DNA from: an uncultured Methanosarcinales archaeon
GTDB taxonomy: Archaea; Nanobdellota; Nanobdellia; Woesearchaeales; DSVV01
NCBI GenBank assembly: GCA_964453185.1
Contig: CAYVNN010000002.1
Span: 274,308-338,307 of the forward strand
Reading direction: 5' to 3'
DNA length: 64,000 bases
The notes beneath the pieces were generated by a model. It saw only the letters and a list, made by a program, of their open reading frames with translations. It had not been told where the DNA came from and searched no databases. This document shows, piece after piece, positions 56,819-64,000 of this stretch (positions within the stretch are counted from its first letter, which is position 1; every line of letters starts with the position of its first letter). Both the position numbers and the translations under genes were made by a program.

Positions 56819-57583
56819 TTAATATACTTTAAACAGTTTTCTAAATAATATACTAAATACTAAAGAAAACACTATGTATGATGCTAACCATCCTGGATTC
56901 CATCCAAATATACTTAGATCTCCGAATGGAGTCATTTTCTTATTAGAAACAACTATTGAATCAAGAACACCATCTTTTGATTTAGTCAAAGGTTGTTCAT
57001 ATCTTTTATCTTTAATATCTTCAGTAATTATAATGTTCTGACTATAATCTTTCGAATTAAAATTAAAATACAAGGTATATTCACCTGGAATTCCTTTCAT
57101 TGTCCAGTCAGCTTTACTTTCATAAATCTCTTGATCTATTTCACTTAATAGTGTTATTCCATCTGGTGTAACAATTGAAACATTGCCATTAAAACCTTCT
57201 TCAAAATTAAGTGTAGTACTAAACTCTTGTCCATCGATTATTGGTAAGAATGCCATATGTGCATTTAACCATCCAAAGATTATAATGATTGGTATAAATG
57301 TATATAATGTTGGTTTTAATGAATGCATCATATACTTCATATTAGTTTCCATTGCTTTTTTCTGTACAGCCATCATTTTTTCAGGATGACTCTTTAACTC
57401 TTTAGCTTCTGCTTGTAATTCTTTAATTTCTGTTTTTAATCTTTTCATTAAATCTTGGTCAGTAACATACTTATACACTAGAACAATTATCAATGAAATA
57501 ATAATAGAAATAATAAATATAGCTAATAATGTTGGTAAATACAATAACGGTGATAATACTGGATTAAGTAAATTAGCAAACAT
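56819..57583 (-). CDS. DUF106 / EMC3-TMCO1-Oxa1-like membrane protein (archaeal YidC-like) with C-terminal extension
   Basis: Three TM helices with a coiled-coil between TM1 and TM2 (KRLKTEIKELQAEAKELK). It holds the conserved post-secY position seen in archaea. At 254 aa it is longer than the usual roughly 190 aa. Confidence 0.6.
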   Translation of the reverse strand: MFANLLNPVLSPLLYLPTLLAIFIISIIISLIIVLVYKYVTDQDLMKRLKTEIKELQAEAKELKSHPEKMMAVQKKAMETNMKYMMHSLKPTLYTFIPIIIIFGWLNAHMAFLPIIDGQEFSTTLNFEEGFNGNVSIVTPDGITLLSEIDQEIYESKADWTMKGIPGEYTLYFNFNSKDYSQNIIITEDIKDKRYEQPLTKSKDGVLDSIVVSNKKMTPFGDLSIFGWNPGWLASYIVFSLVFSILFRKLFKVY

Positions 57584-57601
57584 TCTTTTTTAACCTCTTT
57601 T

Positions 57602-59074
57602 TTATTCCATCATTTGCCTTAACATAGGATGCATATCCATCATATGTTGTTTAGCAATTTCTTCATATAATCTATAAATAATCATAACACAAAGTAATAG
57701 TCCTGTTCCTCTTCCTAATGCACCAGTCACATCTGCAATTGCTGCTAAGAAACCAATTACTGCTCCACCCATTATTGTTAAAGGATTAATATATCTATTT
57801 AGTAATCTTTGTAAAATTCTTTCATCTCTTCTAAATCCAGGAATTTGTAATCCTGATGACATAATATTTTTAGCTTGACTCTTTGCATCCATACCTGAGG
57901 TTTGTACCCAGAAATATGAAAATACAACACAACCAATTATCATTATAACCATATAAACAATTGTTTGTAAATAAGGTTTCCATCCAATTAATAATGTACC
58001 TTGACTAATAACCATACCAACTAATCCATTTTGTCCACCTGGACCACTAAACCATGCGACAATACCTGATTGTGCTACACCATTAGCACCAATATGTCCT
58101 AATAATGGATAACCCCAGTTTTCTAAGAATTTAGCTAATAATTGTACATTAGCAAGTAATGCTGAAACTAAGATAACTGGAATAACATTTGCGTATGTAA
58201 AACTTAATGGCCATCTTATTCCATGTCCTCTTATTCTACCAAATGATAAAGGTATTTCAATTTTCATAGCCTGTACATATACAGCAATAACAAACACTAA
58301 TATGGTTGAAACAAGAGCAGCTCCTGCTACTAGTGCTGTTTGTGGATCTCCATTATATAATGCTTGAAATAATTGAGGTACTTTTCCTGAAGCATATGAG
58401 AAATCTCCTCCTACACCTTGTCCACTCATCCAACTAAATGCTCTAACAAAGATAGACTTTGATACACCTGCTGCGATGAATAAACTGATACCTGAACCAA
58501 ATCCCCATTTACTTACAACTTCATCCATTAACATAATAATTAATCCACCTAATGTAAGTTGTACTATTAATAATAATTTTAATGAAAATATCATTGAAGC
58601 TGATAATGAGATAACTCCTGCTACAGCTTGAGCTGTGAATTGTTGTGTTGCTGGATTAAAAAATAATCCTGGAGATAATCCTCCCATCATTACATAAATA
58701 ATTGCTTCAAATACAATAAAGAATATTGATAATAATTTTTGTACTCCTTGGAATGTTCTTTTTCCTTCAGCAGTCGCCAAATCAAATTTAAATATTCCAG
58801 AACCATTTAATAATTGTAATACAATGGATGCAGTAACAATTGGACCAATACCTAATGATATAATTGAACCAAACTCAGCACCTAGAATCATAGATAAGTA
58901 TTCAAACTGTGCTAATGCATTTTCTCCTAAACCAAATAATGGAATAATTCCAAGAACAAAATAAACAACAAGAATAATTCCTGTCCATTTTAATTTCTCT
59001 TTAAAAGAAAGTCTTTTTTGTGTTGGGCCTGAAACCTCAGGCAGATTCATCAGAATACTTTTCCAAGCTGACAT
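57602..59074 (-). CDS. secY: Preprotein translocase subunit SecY
   Basis: A 490-aa, 10-TM protein. It follows uL15 directly, which is the conserved gene order. Confidence 0.9.
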   Translation of the reverse strand: MSAWKSILMNLPEVSGPTQKRLSFKEKLKWTGIILVVYFVLGIIPLFGLGENALAQFEYLSMILGAEFGSIISLGIGPIVTASIVLQLLNGSGIFKFDLATAEGKRTFQGVQKLLSIFFIVFEAIIYVMMGGLSPGLFFNPATQQFTAQAVAGVISLSASMIFSLKLLLIVQLTLGGLIIMLMDEVVSKWGFGSGISLFIAAGVSKSIFVRAFSWMSGQGVGGDFSYASGKVPQLFQALYNGDPQTALVAGAALVSTILVFVIAVYVQAMKIEIPLSFGRIRGHGIRWPLSFTYANVIPVILVSALLANVQLLAKFLENWGYPLLGHIGANGVAQSGIVAWFSGPGGQNGLVGMVISQGTLLIGWKPYLQTIVYMVIMIIGCVVFSYFWVQTSGMDAKSQAKNIMSSGLQIPGFRRDERILQRLLNRYINPLTIMGGAVIGFLAAIADVTGALGRGTGLLLCVMIIYRLYEEIAKQHMMDMHPMLRQMME

Positions 59075-59080
59075 ATTTTA

Positions 59081-59599
59081 TTATTCCTCTTTAACTTTAG
59101 GCTCTTCTTTCTTAGTTTTCTCTATTTTTTCCTTTGGTTTTTTTGTTGTCTCTTTACCTGCGGAGATAATAACTTCTCCCCCTTTTTTCTTAATTTTTTC
59201 AATAACATTAGGTGTAGCATATTTTACTGTGATTTTATATTTTCTGCTAATATTTCCTTTGCTTAATAACTTATCAAATCCAAGTTCTTTTAAATTAATA
59301 ATAATTAATCCATTGTTTTCTTTAATTTTTCCTTCTTTTAGTAATGTTTCACAACTCTTTTCAATATAAAACATATTACATGATTTAATTTCAGGACTAT
59401 TCTTAGATTTAAATCCATATTTTCCAAAATATTTTGGATTTCTATGTGTCATCTTTGACTTTTTACAGTCTCCTCTTTTACCTGAGCCTGCATTACCTCT
59501 ACCTCCTCTATTTCCAGCACCTCGATGCTTTTTCATAGAGCCCCATCCATGGGTTTTGCTTCCTCTCTGTTTAATATTTTTCTTTGGTTTGAATCTCAT
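59081..59599 (-). CDS. rpl15: Ribosomal protein uL15 with K/E-rich C-terminal tail
   Basis: Gly/Arg-rich N-terminus GAGNRGGRGNAGSGKRG typical of uL15. A C-terminal KKPKEKIEKTKKEEPKVKEE extension follows. Confidence 0.85.
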   Translation of the reverse strand: MRFKPKKNIKQRGSKTHGWGSMKKHRGAGNRGGRGNAGSGKRGDCKKSKMTHRNPKYFGKYGFKSKNSPEIKSCNMFYIEKSCETLLKEGKIKENNGLIIINLKELGFDKLLSKGNISRKYKITVKYATPNVIEKIKKKGGEVIISAGKETTKKPKEKIEKTKKEEPKVKEE

Positions 59600-59600
59600 T

Positions 59601-59981
59601 TTACAACATTCTCATTATTAAATCATTAATTTTATCTTTTCTATATCCTAATGCTCCGCCTTGAACAAGAGTTTTCTTAATTCCTCCCTTTTCAAGACCT
59701 TTTTTAGGTGAATTTAATCTAAAATATGCTTTTAATTTTTTTGAATCTTTTGGGTCTGGTTGTCCTCTTTTATCTTTAAGTTCTTTTAATGTTTCTTCAT
59801 TAATTTCTCCCCATGTGATAAAATCTTTTGCTTTGTTAACCATTCCCATGATACTTGGTGTTTTTTCATATACAACACAAACATTTCTCTTTTGTAATCT
59901 TAACATTTTTAGTGTATCCTTTACTTCAGTTCTTGCGCCAATGGTTCCTCTTAATTGAATAATTGCGATTTTTTCTGCCAT
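59601..59981 (-). CDS. rpl30: Ribosomal protein uL30
   Basis: MAEKIAIIQLRGTIGARTEVKDTLKMLRL is a uL30 ferredoxin-like N-terminal motif. Confidence 0.85.
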   Translation of the reverse strand: MAEKIAIIQLRGTIGARTEVKDTLKMLRLQKRNVCVVYEKTPSIMGMVNKAKDFITWGEINEETLKELKDKRGQPDPKDSKKLKAYFRLNSPKKGLEKGGIKKTLVQGGALGYRKDKINDLIMRML

Positions 59982-59983
59982 TT

Positions 59984-60883
59984 TTATTCATCTACTTCCT
60001 TTTCCTTTACAGGTGATTTTCCTTCAACAATATTTAACTTTTCGTTGTGTTCTATAAAGGTTTTTGTTGCTATTAATTTTTTTAATGCTTTTTCACAAGC
60101 TTTAATAGTATTAATCTTTGTTTTTGTTTGTCCAATTGTTTTTGACCAAACATCTTTGATTCCAGCAACCCCTAATATCTTTGCACATTCTTTTTCAACA
60201 CAAAGACCTGTACCTTTAGGTGCTGGGATTAATTTAATAATAACTGATCCACATTTCCCTTCAACACTAAACGGGATTGAATGGTGATCTTTACAATTAC
60301 ATTCCCAAGACCCACATCCTCTTCTAATTTTGAAGACATTAAGCTTAGCATTTCTCAATGCTTTTTCTCTAGCAGGAACAGTTTCTTTTGCTTTTCCATA
60401 ACCAACACCCACAATACCATTCTTATTACCGGCTAATGCATATGTTGCGAACTTAGGTTTATTTCCTTCTTTTGTCTTTTTTTGTGTTTGTCTAAAAACT
60501 CTTCTTTGACCGCCACCAAACTTTCCTTTTGATTGACCAATTAATAATAAATCTGTTTGAATATCTTTAACTAAAACATCAACAATTTCTGATTCTAATA
60601 TATTATACCCATTATTGAATAAATCTTCAATATCAGTAATTTCACCATTTTTAACTTGTTTTCCAACTTCAGTCTTAGGATTCCATCCACCCATATCAAA
60701 TTTTTTCTCATATCTATTAGGTTTACGTTTATCATCTTTTTCTTTAACTTCGACTACCTCAGCATCTTTTTCTTCAACTTCAATTACTTTTTCATCATCA
60801 TTAACTACTTTTTCTTGAACAGGCTCAGTCTTTTCTTCTTCTGCCTTTGTTTCAACTTTTTCTTTCGGTTCTTCTTTTGTCAT
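59984..60883 (-). CDS. rps5: Ribosomal protein uS5 with about 80-aa acidic/Lys-rich N-terminal extension
   Basis: The uS5 core is GWNPKTEVGKQV...KFATYALAGNKNGIVGVGYGKAKE. The N-terminal E/K/V low-complexity region is not typical for archaeal uS5. Confidence 0.85.
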   Translation of the reverse strand: MTKEEPKEKVETKAEEEKTEPVQEKVVNDDEKVIEVEEKDAEVVEVKEKDDKRKPNRYEKKFDMGGWNPKTEVGKQVKNGEITDIEDLFNNGYNILESEIVDVLVKDIQTDLLLIGQSKGKFGGGQRRVFRQTQKKTKEGNKPKFATYALAGNKNGIVGVGYGKAKETVPAREKALRNAKLNVFKIRRGCGSWECNCKDHHSIPFSVEGKCGSVIIKLIPAPKGTGLCVEKECAKILGVAGIKDVWSKTIGQTKTKINTIKACEKALKKLIATKTFIEHNEKLNIVEGKSPVKEKEVDE

Positions 60884-60884
60884 T

Positions 60885-61403
60885 TTATTTCTCCATGATC
60901 TTTTGTTTTAATGATTCAAAATCTTTTGTGATATCCTTTGATTTTTGATTATAATCACTAATATGTTTACCCTTTATTCTTTCTTCAGAAGGCATTATCT
61001 CTTCAGAATATGGTATTTTTAGTCCTGCATCAGTTGCACCTTTAACAACTGCAAATAATTTTGATCCTTTTATAATTGTTTGTAAACCTGTATCTACAAT
61101 AGCTTCCTTAACTTTATTATTTAATGCCATTTTACCAAGCAATAATCCAACAAGATAACATGCAGGGATATTATTCTTTGAATGTTTCCATCCTAATTTA
61201 ACAATATTACTTGAATGTGAACTTGCTAATATCTTATCGCCTTTTTCATCATATCCCACAATTTGAGCAGTCATATTTTTAAGACTCTTTCTAATAACTA
61301 ATCTAGGTTTTCTTGATATTAATAAAGATAGTCTCTTCTTATAATCTGTTTTTCCTTCAGATTTTCTTCTAAATTCTATCTTCTTAATTGTTTTTCTTGC
61401 CAT
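60885..61403 (-). CDS. rpl18: Ribosomal protein uL18
   Basis: RLVIRKSLKNMTAQIV...NIPACYLVGLLLG, which is the eL5/uL18 pattern. Confidence 0.85.
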   Translation of the reverse strand: MARKTIKKIEFRRKSEGKTDYKKRLSLLISRKPRLVIRKSLKNMTAQIVGYDEKGDKILASSHSSNIVKLGWKHSKNNIPACYLVGLLLGKMALNNKVKEAIVDTGLQTIIKGSKLFAVVKGATDAGLKIPYSEEIMPSEERIKGKHISDYNQKSKDITKDFESLKQKIMEK

Positions 61404-61854
61404 CTTTAGTATTCACCAAATTATGTTCATTAATATAAAGGTCAATATGTCTTTTACTTCTAAAATATCCACCTTTTGCTTTGTTATATAACATTCTATA
61501 TGATTCTAAATTGATAATTTTTTTCTCTTTTAATTTTGCTAAAAATGCTCTTTGTGATCTTATTTTATTAATCCATGTTCTTTTTCTAGGTTCTCTTGCA
61601 TTCTTTGTTCCTTTTCTCTTACCTTGTCCTCTTTGTCTTCCTTTCTTTTTCTGTTCTTTCTTTTTTCTGGTTCTTCCTTTAGAAACTCCTTTTGACTTCT
61701 CAATAACTATTGCTTTATCTTTGATTAATCCTCTAATATCAATCTTCGTAATAGCCTCTTTAATATCCTTAAGACTATCTAAGTTAAACTTGACTTTCTT
61801 TTCAGAGCATCCTGAGATTGTTGCTGCTAATCTTTTTTGTAATGATAATTTCAT
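61384..61854 (-). CDS. rpl19e: Ribosomal protein eL19
   Basis: MKLSLQKRLAATISGCSEKKVKF at the N-terminus, with a basic central region. Confidence 0.85.
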   Translation of the reverse strand: MKLSLQKRLAATISGCSEKKVKFNLDSLKDIKEAITKIDIRGLIKDKAIVIEKSKGVSKGRTRKKKEQKKKGRQRGQGKRKGTKNAREPRKRTWINKIRSQRAFLAKLKEKKIINLESYRMLYNKAKGGYFRSKRHIDLYINEHNLVNTKDGKKNN

Positions 61855-61865
61855 TTTTTTAACCT

Positions 61866-62465
61866 TTATTGATTTTGAGCTAGGAATTTATCCATTTTTT
61901 TCTTTTCTTCAGCTTTTTTCTCTTCACTTAGTTCTGTTTCTGCAATACTATCAATGCTTTTGTCTTTCTTCTTAGCTTCTTTTTCCTTTTCTTTAGATTT
62001 CTTTTCCTTTACTTTTGTCTTTTTTGCTTTTTCTTCAGCTTTTTTCTTTAATTTATCCTCAACTGATTTTAAATAATCTTGAGGATTCTTTAAATTACAA
62101 ATGATCATGTTTGATTTTAATGCTTCTTTTACAATGTCAATTTTTTTCTTTTGTCCAACAGTACCACTTATTTTTACAGCTTGTGTTTTAATGTCTTTAA
62201 TATTCTTTAGATCATTAACATTCTTAACCATTATTTCTTCATGTCCTTCTCTATTTAAACCTCGAACCAGTTTTGGTGATTTATATCCTTTTGAAACCAT
62301 CTTATTGTATCCTTTCTTATGTAATCTCATCTTACTTTGGATACCTCTTGGTCTTCTCCACCCTTTCTTAATTCTTGGTTTTTTATGAGTATCTTGACTA
62401 TTAAATTCAGGTTTTTTCTTTTTCAATTGTTTTCTTATTCTTAGTAATGTTTCTTTGTTTGACAT
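61866..62465 (-). CDS. rpl32e: Ribosomal protein eL32 with long Lys/Glu-rich C-terminal extension
   Basis: The core is HKKPRIKKGWRRPRGIQSKMR. A roughly 70-aa KEK-repeat tail follows. Confidence 0.8.
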   Translation of the reverse strand: MSNKETLLRIRKQLKKKKPEFNSQDTHKKPRIKKGWRRPRGIQSKMRLHKKGYNKMVSKGYKSPKLVRGLNREGHEEIMVKNVNDLKNIKDIKTQAVKISGTVGQKKKIDIVKEALKSNMIICNLKNPQDYLKSVEDKLKKKAEEKAKKTKVKEKKSKEKEKEAKKKDKSIDSIAETELSEEKKAEEKKKMDKFLAQNQ

Positions 62466-62474
62466 TTTTTTAAC

Positions 62475-63023
62475 CTACATAATTTTTCCAGCTTTTTCAG
62501 TAATATATATTCCTGGTTGAAATATTCTTCTATCAAAGCCAGGTCTTTTACATAATTGTTCAATTGAAGCTGCTGTTTGTCCAGAAACTTCTTTATTAAT
62601 ATGTGTTACAGTGATGATATCTCCTTCAACTTTTAAATCAACACCTTGTTGAATCTTAAGTTTTCTTGGAATCTTTTCTCCAATAAAATTTTTAACACTT
62701 AATTCATTGTTTGAATATGATACATTCATTGGAAAATGACCTGAACAAATCTTTAATTTGTATACGTATGGTTCTTTTACTCCTTTTAACATATTTTTAA
62801 TATGTGATTTAAATGTTCCAACCATTGTTTTTTCATTTTTTGTTAAAACTTTAACAAAAATAATTACTTTATTATTTTCTACACTAATTTTAATTTTAGG
62901 ATCACGAAGAGCTCTCTTAATTTCACCTTTTTCTCCTTTTACATAAATAAGATTACCTTCACTAACTGTAACTTCAACACCTTCTGGGATTTCAATTTCT
63001 TCTTTATAATCTTTAAATTTCAT
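62475..63023 (-). CDS. rpl6: Ribosomal protein uL6
   Basis: A two-domain uL6 pattern of 182 aa, in its canonical position between eL32 and uS8. Confidence 0.85.
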   Translation of the reverse strand: MKFKDYKEEIEIPEGVEVTVSEGNLIYVKGEKGEIKRALRDPKIKISVENNKVIIFVKVLTKNEKTMVGTFKSHIKNMLKGVKEPYVYKLKICSGHFPMNVSYSNNELSVKNFIGEKIPRKLKIQQGVDLKVEGDIITVTHINKEVSGQTAASIEQLCKRPGFDRRIFQPGIYITEKAGKIM

Positions 63024-63034
63024 TTTTTCTTACC

Positions 63035-63427
63035 TTAGTAACAATATGCTATTAGTTTTCCACCCATCTTTTGTTTCTTTGCTTCATCATGTGTCATAAC
63101 TCCTTTTGGAGTTGATACAATCAATAAACCGAAATCTTTTGCAGGTAAAAACCTTTTCTCGAATTTAATAAATTCTGTGTGTTTCACATTAAATCTTGGT
63201 TTAATAACTCCACATTTATTTAAATTACCTAATAAATTTATTTTAATAATATTACCTTTTCCGTCAATAATTTCTTCGAAACTACCAATATATTTATTAT
63301 CATTCATGATTGTTAATATTTTTTTGATTATCTTTGATGAATGTTTAACTACACACTCATTTTTACCTAATCTTTCGTAATTAAGCATGTTTGATAATAC
63401 ATTTGCGATTGGATCATTTAATGTCAT
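63035..63427 (-). CDS. rps8: Ribosomal protein uS8
   Basis: MTLNDPIANVLSNMLNYERLGK N-terminus and a C-terminal STPKGVMTHDEA. Confidence 0.85.
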   Translation of the reverse strand: MTLNDPIANVLSNMLNYERLGKNECVVKHSSKIIKKILTIMNDNKYIGSFEEIIDGKGNIIKINLLGNLNKCGVIKPRFNVKHTEFIKFEKRFLPAKDFGLLIVSTPKGVMTHDEAKKQKMGGKLIAYCY

Positions 63428-63439
63428 ATTTTTTACACC

Positions 63440-63682
63440 TTATCTATATTTTTTAAAACCTAAATCAACTGCAACCTCTCTAAAACATTGTCTGCAAAAG
63501 TCTAAGCCATATTTTTTAATGACTGCTCTTATTCTTCCACATCTTCTACATTTATATTTGCTGTAGCCAGTGGTTCTTTCCTTCGGAGCATTATGTTTTT
63601 TAAACTTTTGAAGTTTTTCAGGCTTAACCTTTAATTGTTTGAATGTTTTTTTATGATCGCTATAACTCACTTTATTCCTCAC
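63440..63682 (-). CDS. rps14: Ribosomal protein uS14 (zinc-binding type)
   Basis: C-terminal [25 protein letters not shown] zinc ribbon. Confidence 0.8.
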   Translation of the reverse strand: MRNKVSYSDHKKTFKQLKVKPEKLQKFKKHNAPKERTTGYSKYKCRRCGRIRAVIKKYGLDFCRQCFREVAVDLGFKKYR

Positions 63683-64000
63683 CTACATTGATTTTAAATT
63701 CTTTTTTCATAAATTCAATTGCATCTTCTTTGTTAACTCTGTGTTTGTTTGGAACTTTTTTATTCTTAATTCTTCTATTTTTGATTCTATATCCATTTCT
63801 TTTAAGTGTAATGCAAATTTCAAAACCCATAATTCCAATGTCTGGGTTATATTTTGTATCTGGAATGTCAATATACTCATGAATTCCAAATGCCACATTT
63901 CCTTGATTATCGAATTGTTTAATAACTAATTTGTTATCTTTAGCTTTTAGGAATCTTGATAATAAATCTTTAGTTAATTTTGGATCTCTTATTGTAAGTT
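63672..64000 (-). CDS. rpl5: Ribosomal protein uL5, 5' end (N-terminus) beyond window
   Basis: The frame is open to the window end. The C-terminal uL5 sequence present is ...[29 protein letters not shown].... The annotated start is a GTG inside the real gene. Confidence 0.8.
   Translation of the reverse strand, partial: LTIRDPKLTKDLLSRFLKAKDNKLVIKQFDNQGNVAFGIHEYIDIPDTKYNPDIGIMGFEICITLKRNGYRIKNRRIKNKKVPNKHRVNKEDAIEFMKKEFKINVGEE

Noticed and set aside
1-64000. CRISPR arrays, rRNA genes, transposases/integrases
   Set aside because: No regularly spaced direct repeats with unique spacers and no rRNA-like conserved blocks. No DDE, tyrosine recombinase or serine recombinase motifs in any ORF. The only repeats are the seven structured intergenic elements, which are not arrayed.

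Overview
AT-rich (about 30% GC) archaeal chromosomal segment, mostly housekeeping genes with several accessory islands. Core content: (i) the tail of the archaeal ribosomal-protein cluster, uL5 (partial) through uS14, uS8, uL6, eL32, eL19, uL18, uS5, uL30, uL15, SecY, a DUF106/EMC3-like protein, eL34 and eL14, all on the minus strand; (ii) a consolidated pyrimidine operon pyrB-pyrI-pyrD-pyrK-pyrC-pyrE-pyrF; (iii) aminoacyl-tRNA synthetases SerS and PheS/PheT, the latter interrupted by a LUD-domain gene; (iv) Orc1/Cdc6, SMC, TsaC/Sua5 and a PIN-ATPase-KH protein; (v) central-carbon genes: pyruvate phosphate dikinase, transaldolase, RpiB and Rpe; (vi) a glycan biosynthesis island encoding a complete GDP-D-glycero-alpha-D-manno-heptose pathway (GmhA, HddA, GmhB, HddC) plus GMD-like and Rmd-like enzymes, glycosyltransferases and epimerases, next to a tandem Lrp/AsnC regulator; (vii) a GT4 plus PIG-L deacetylase pair; (viii) small accessory modules: MoxR-vWA, MNT-HEPN, two DinD/Bro-N paralogs and a 5'-truncated LAGLIDADG-like ORF. 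The non-coding content is the most unusual part. Seven copies of a roughly 100-130 nt intergenic repeat, all in the same orientation, show compensatory base changes that preserve a terminal stem and an inner stem, and appear to be modular or nested. A GC-rich structured ncRNA candidate of about 240 nt lies at 17.3 kb. A tRNA-Gly(UCC) appears to carry two introns, one at a non-canonical position in the T-arm. A scattered set of ORFans with GC-richer, lysine-poor composition is also present; one has a bacterial-type signal peptide and one an OmpA-like domain inside the r-protein cluster. These look horizontally acquired or lineage-specific. No CRISPR array, rRNA, integrase or transposase was seen.
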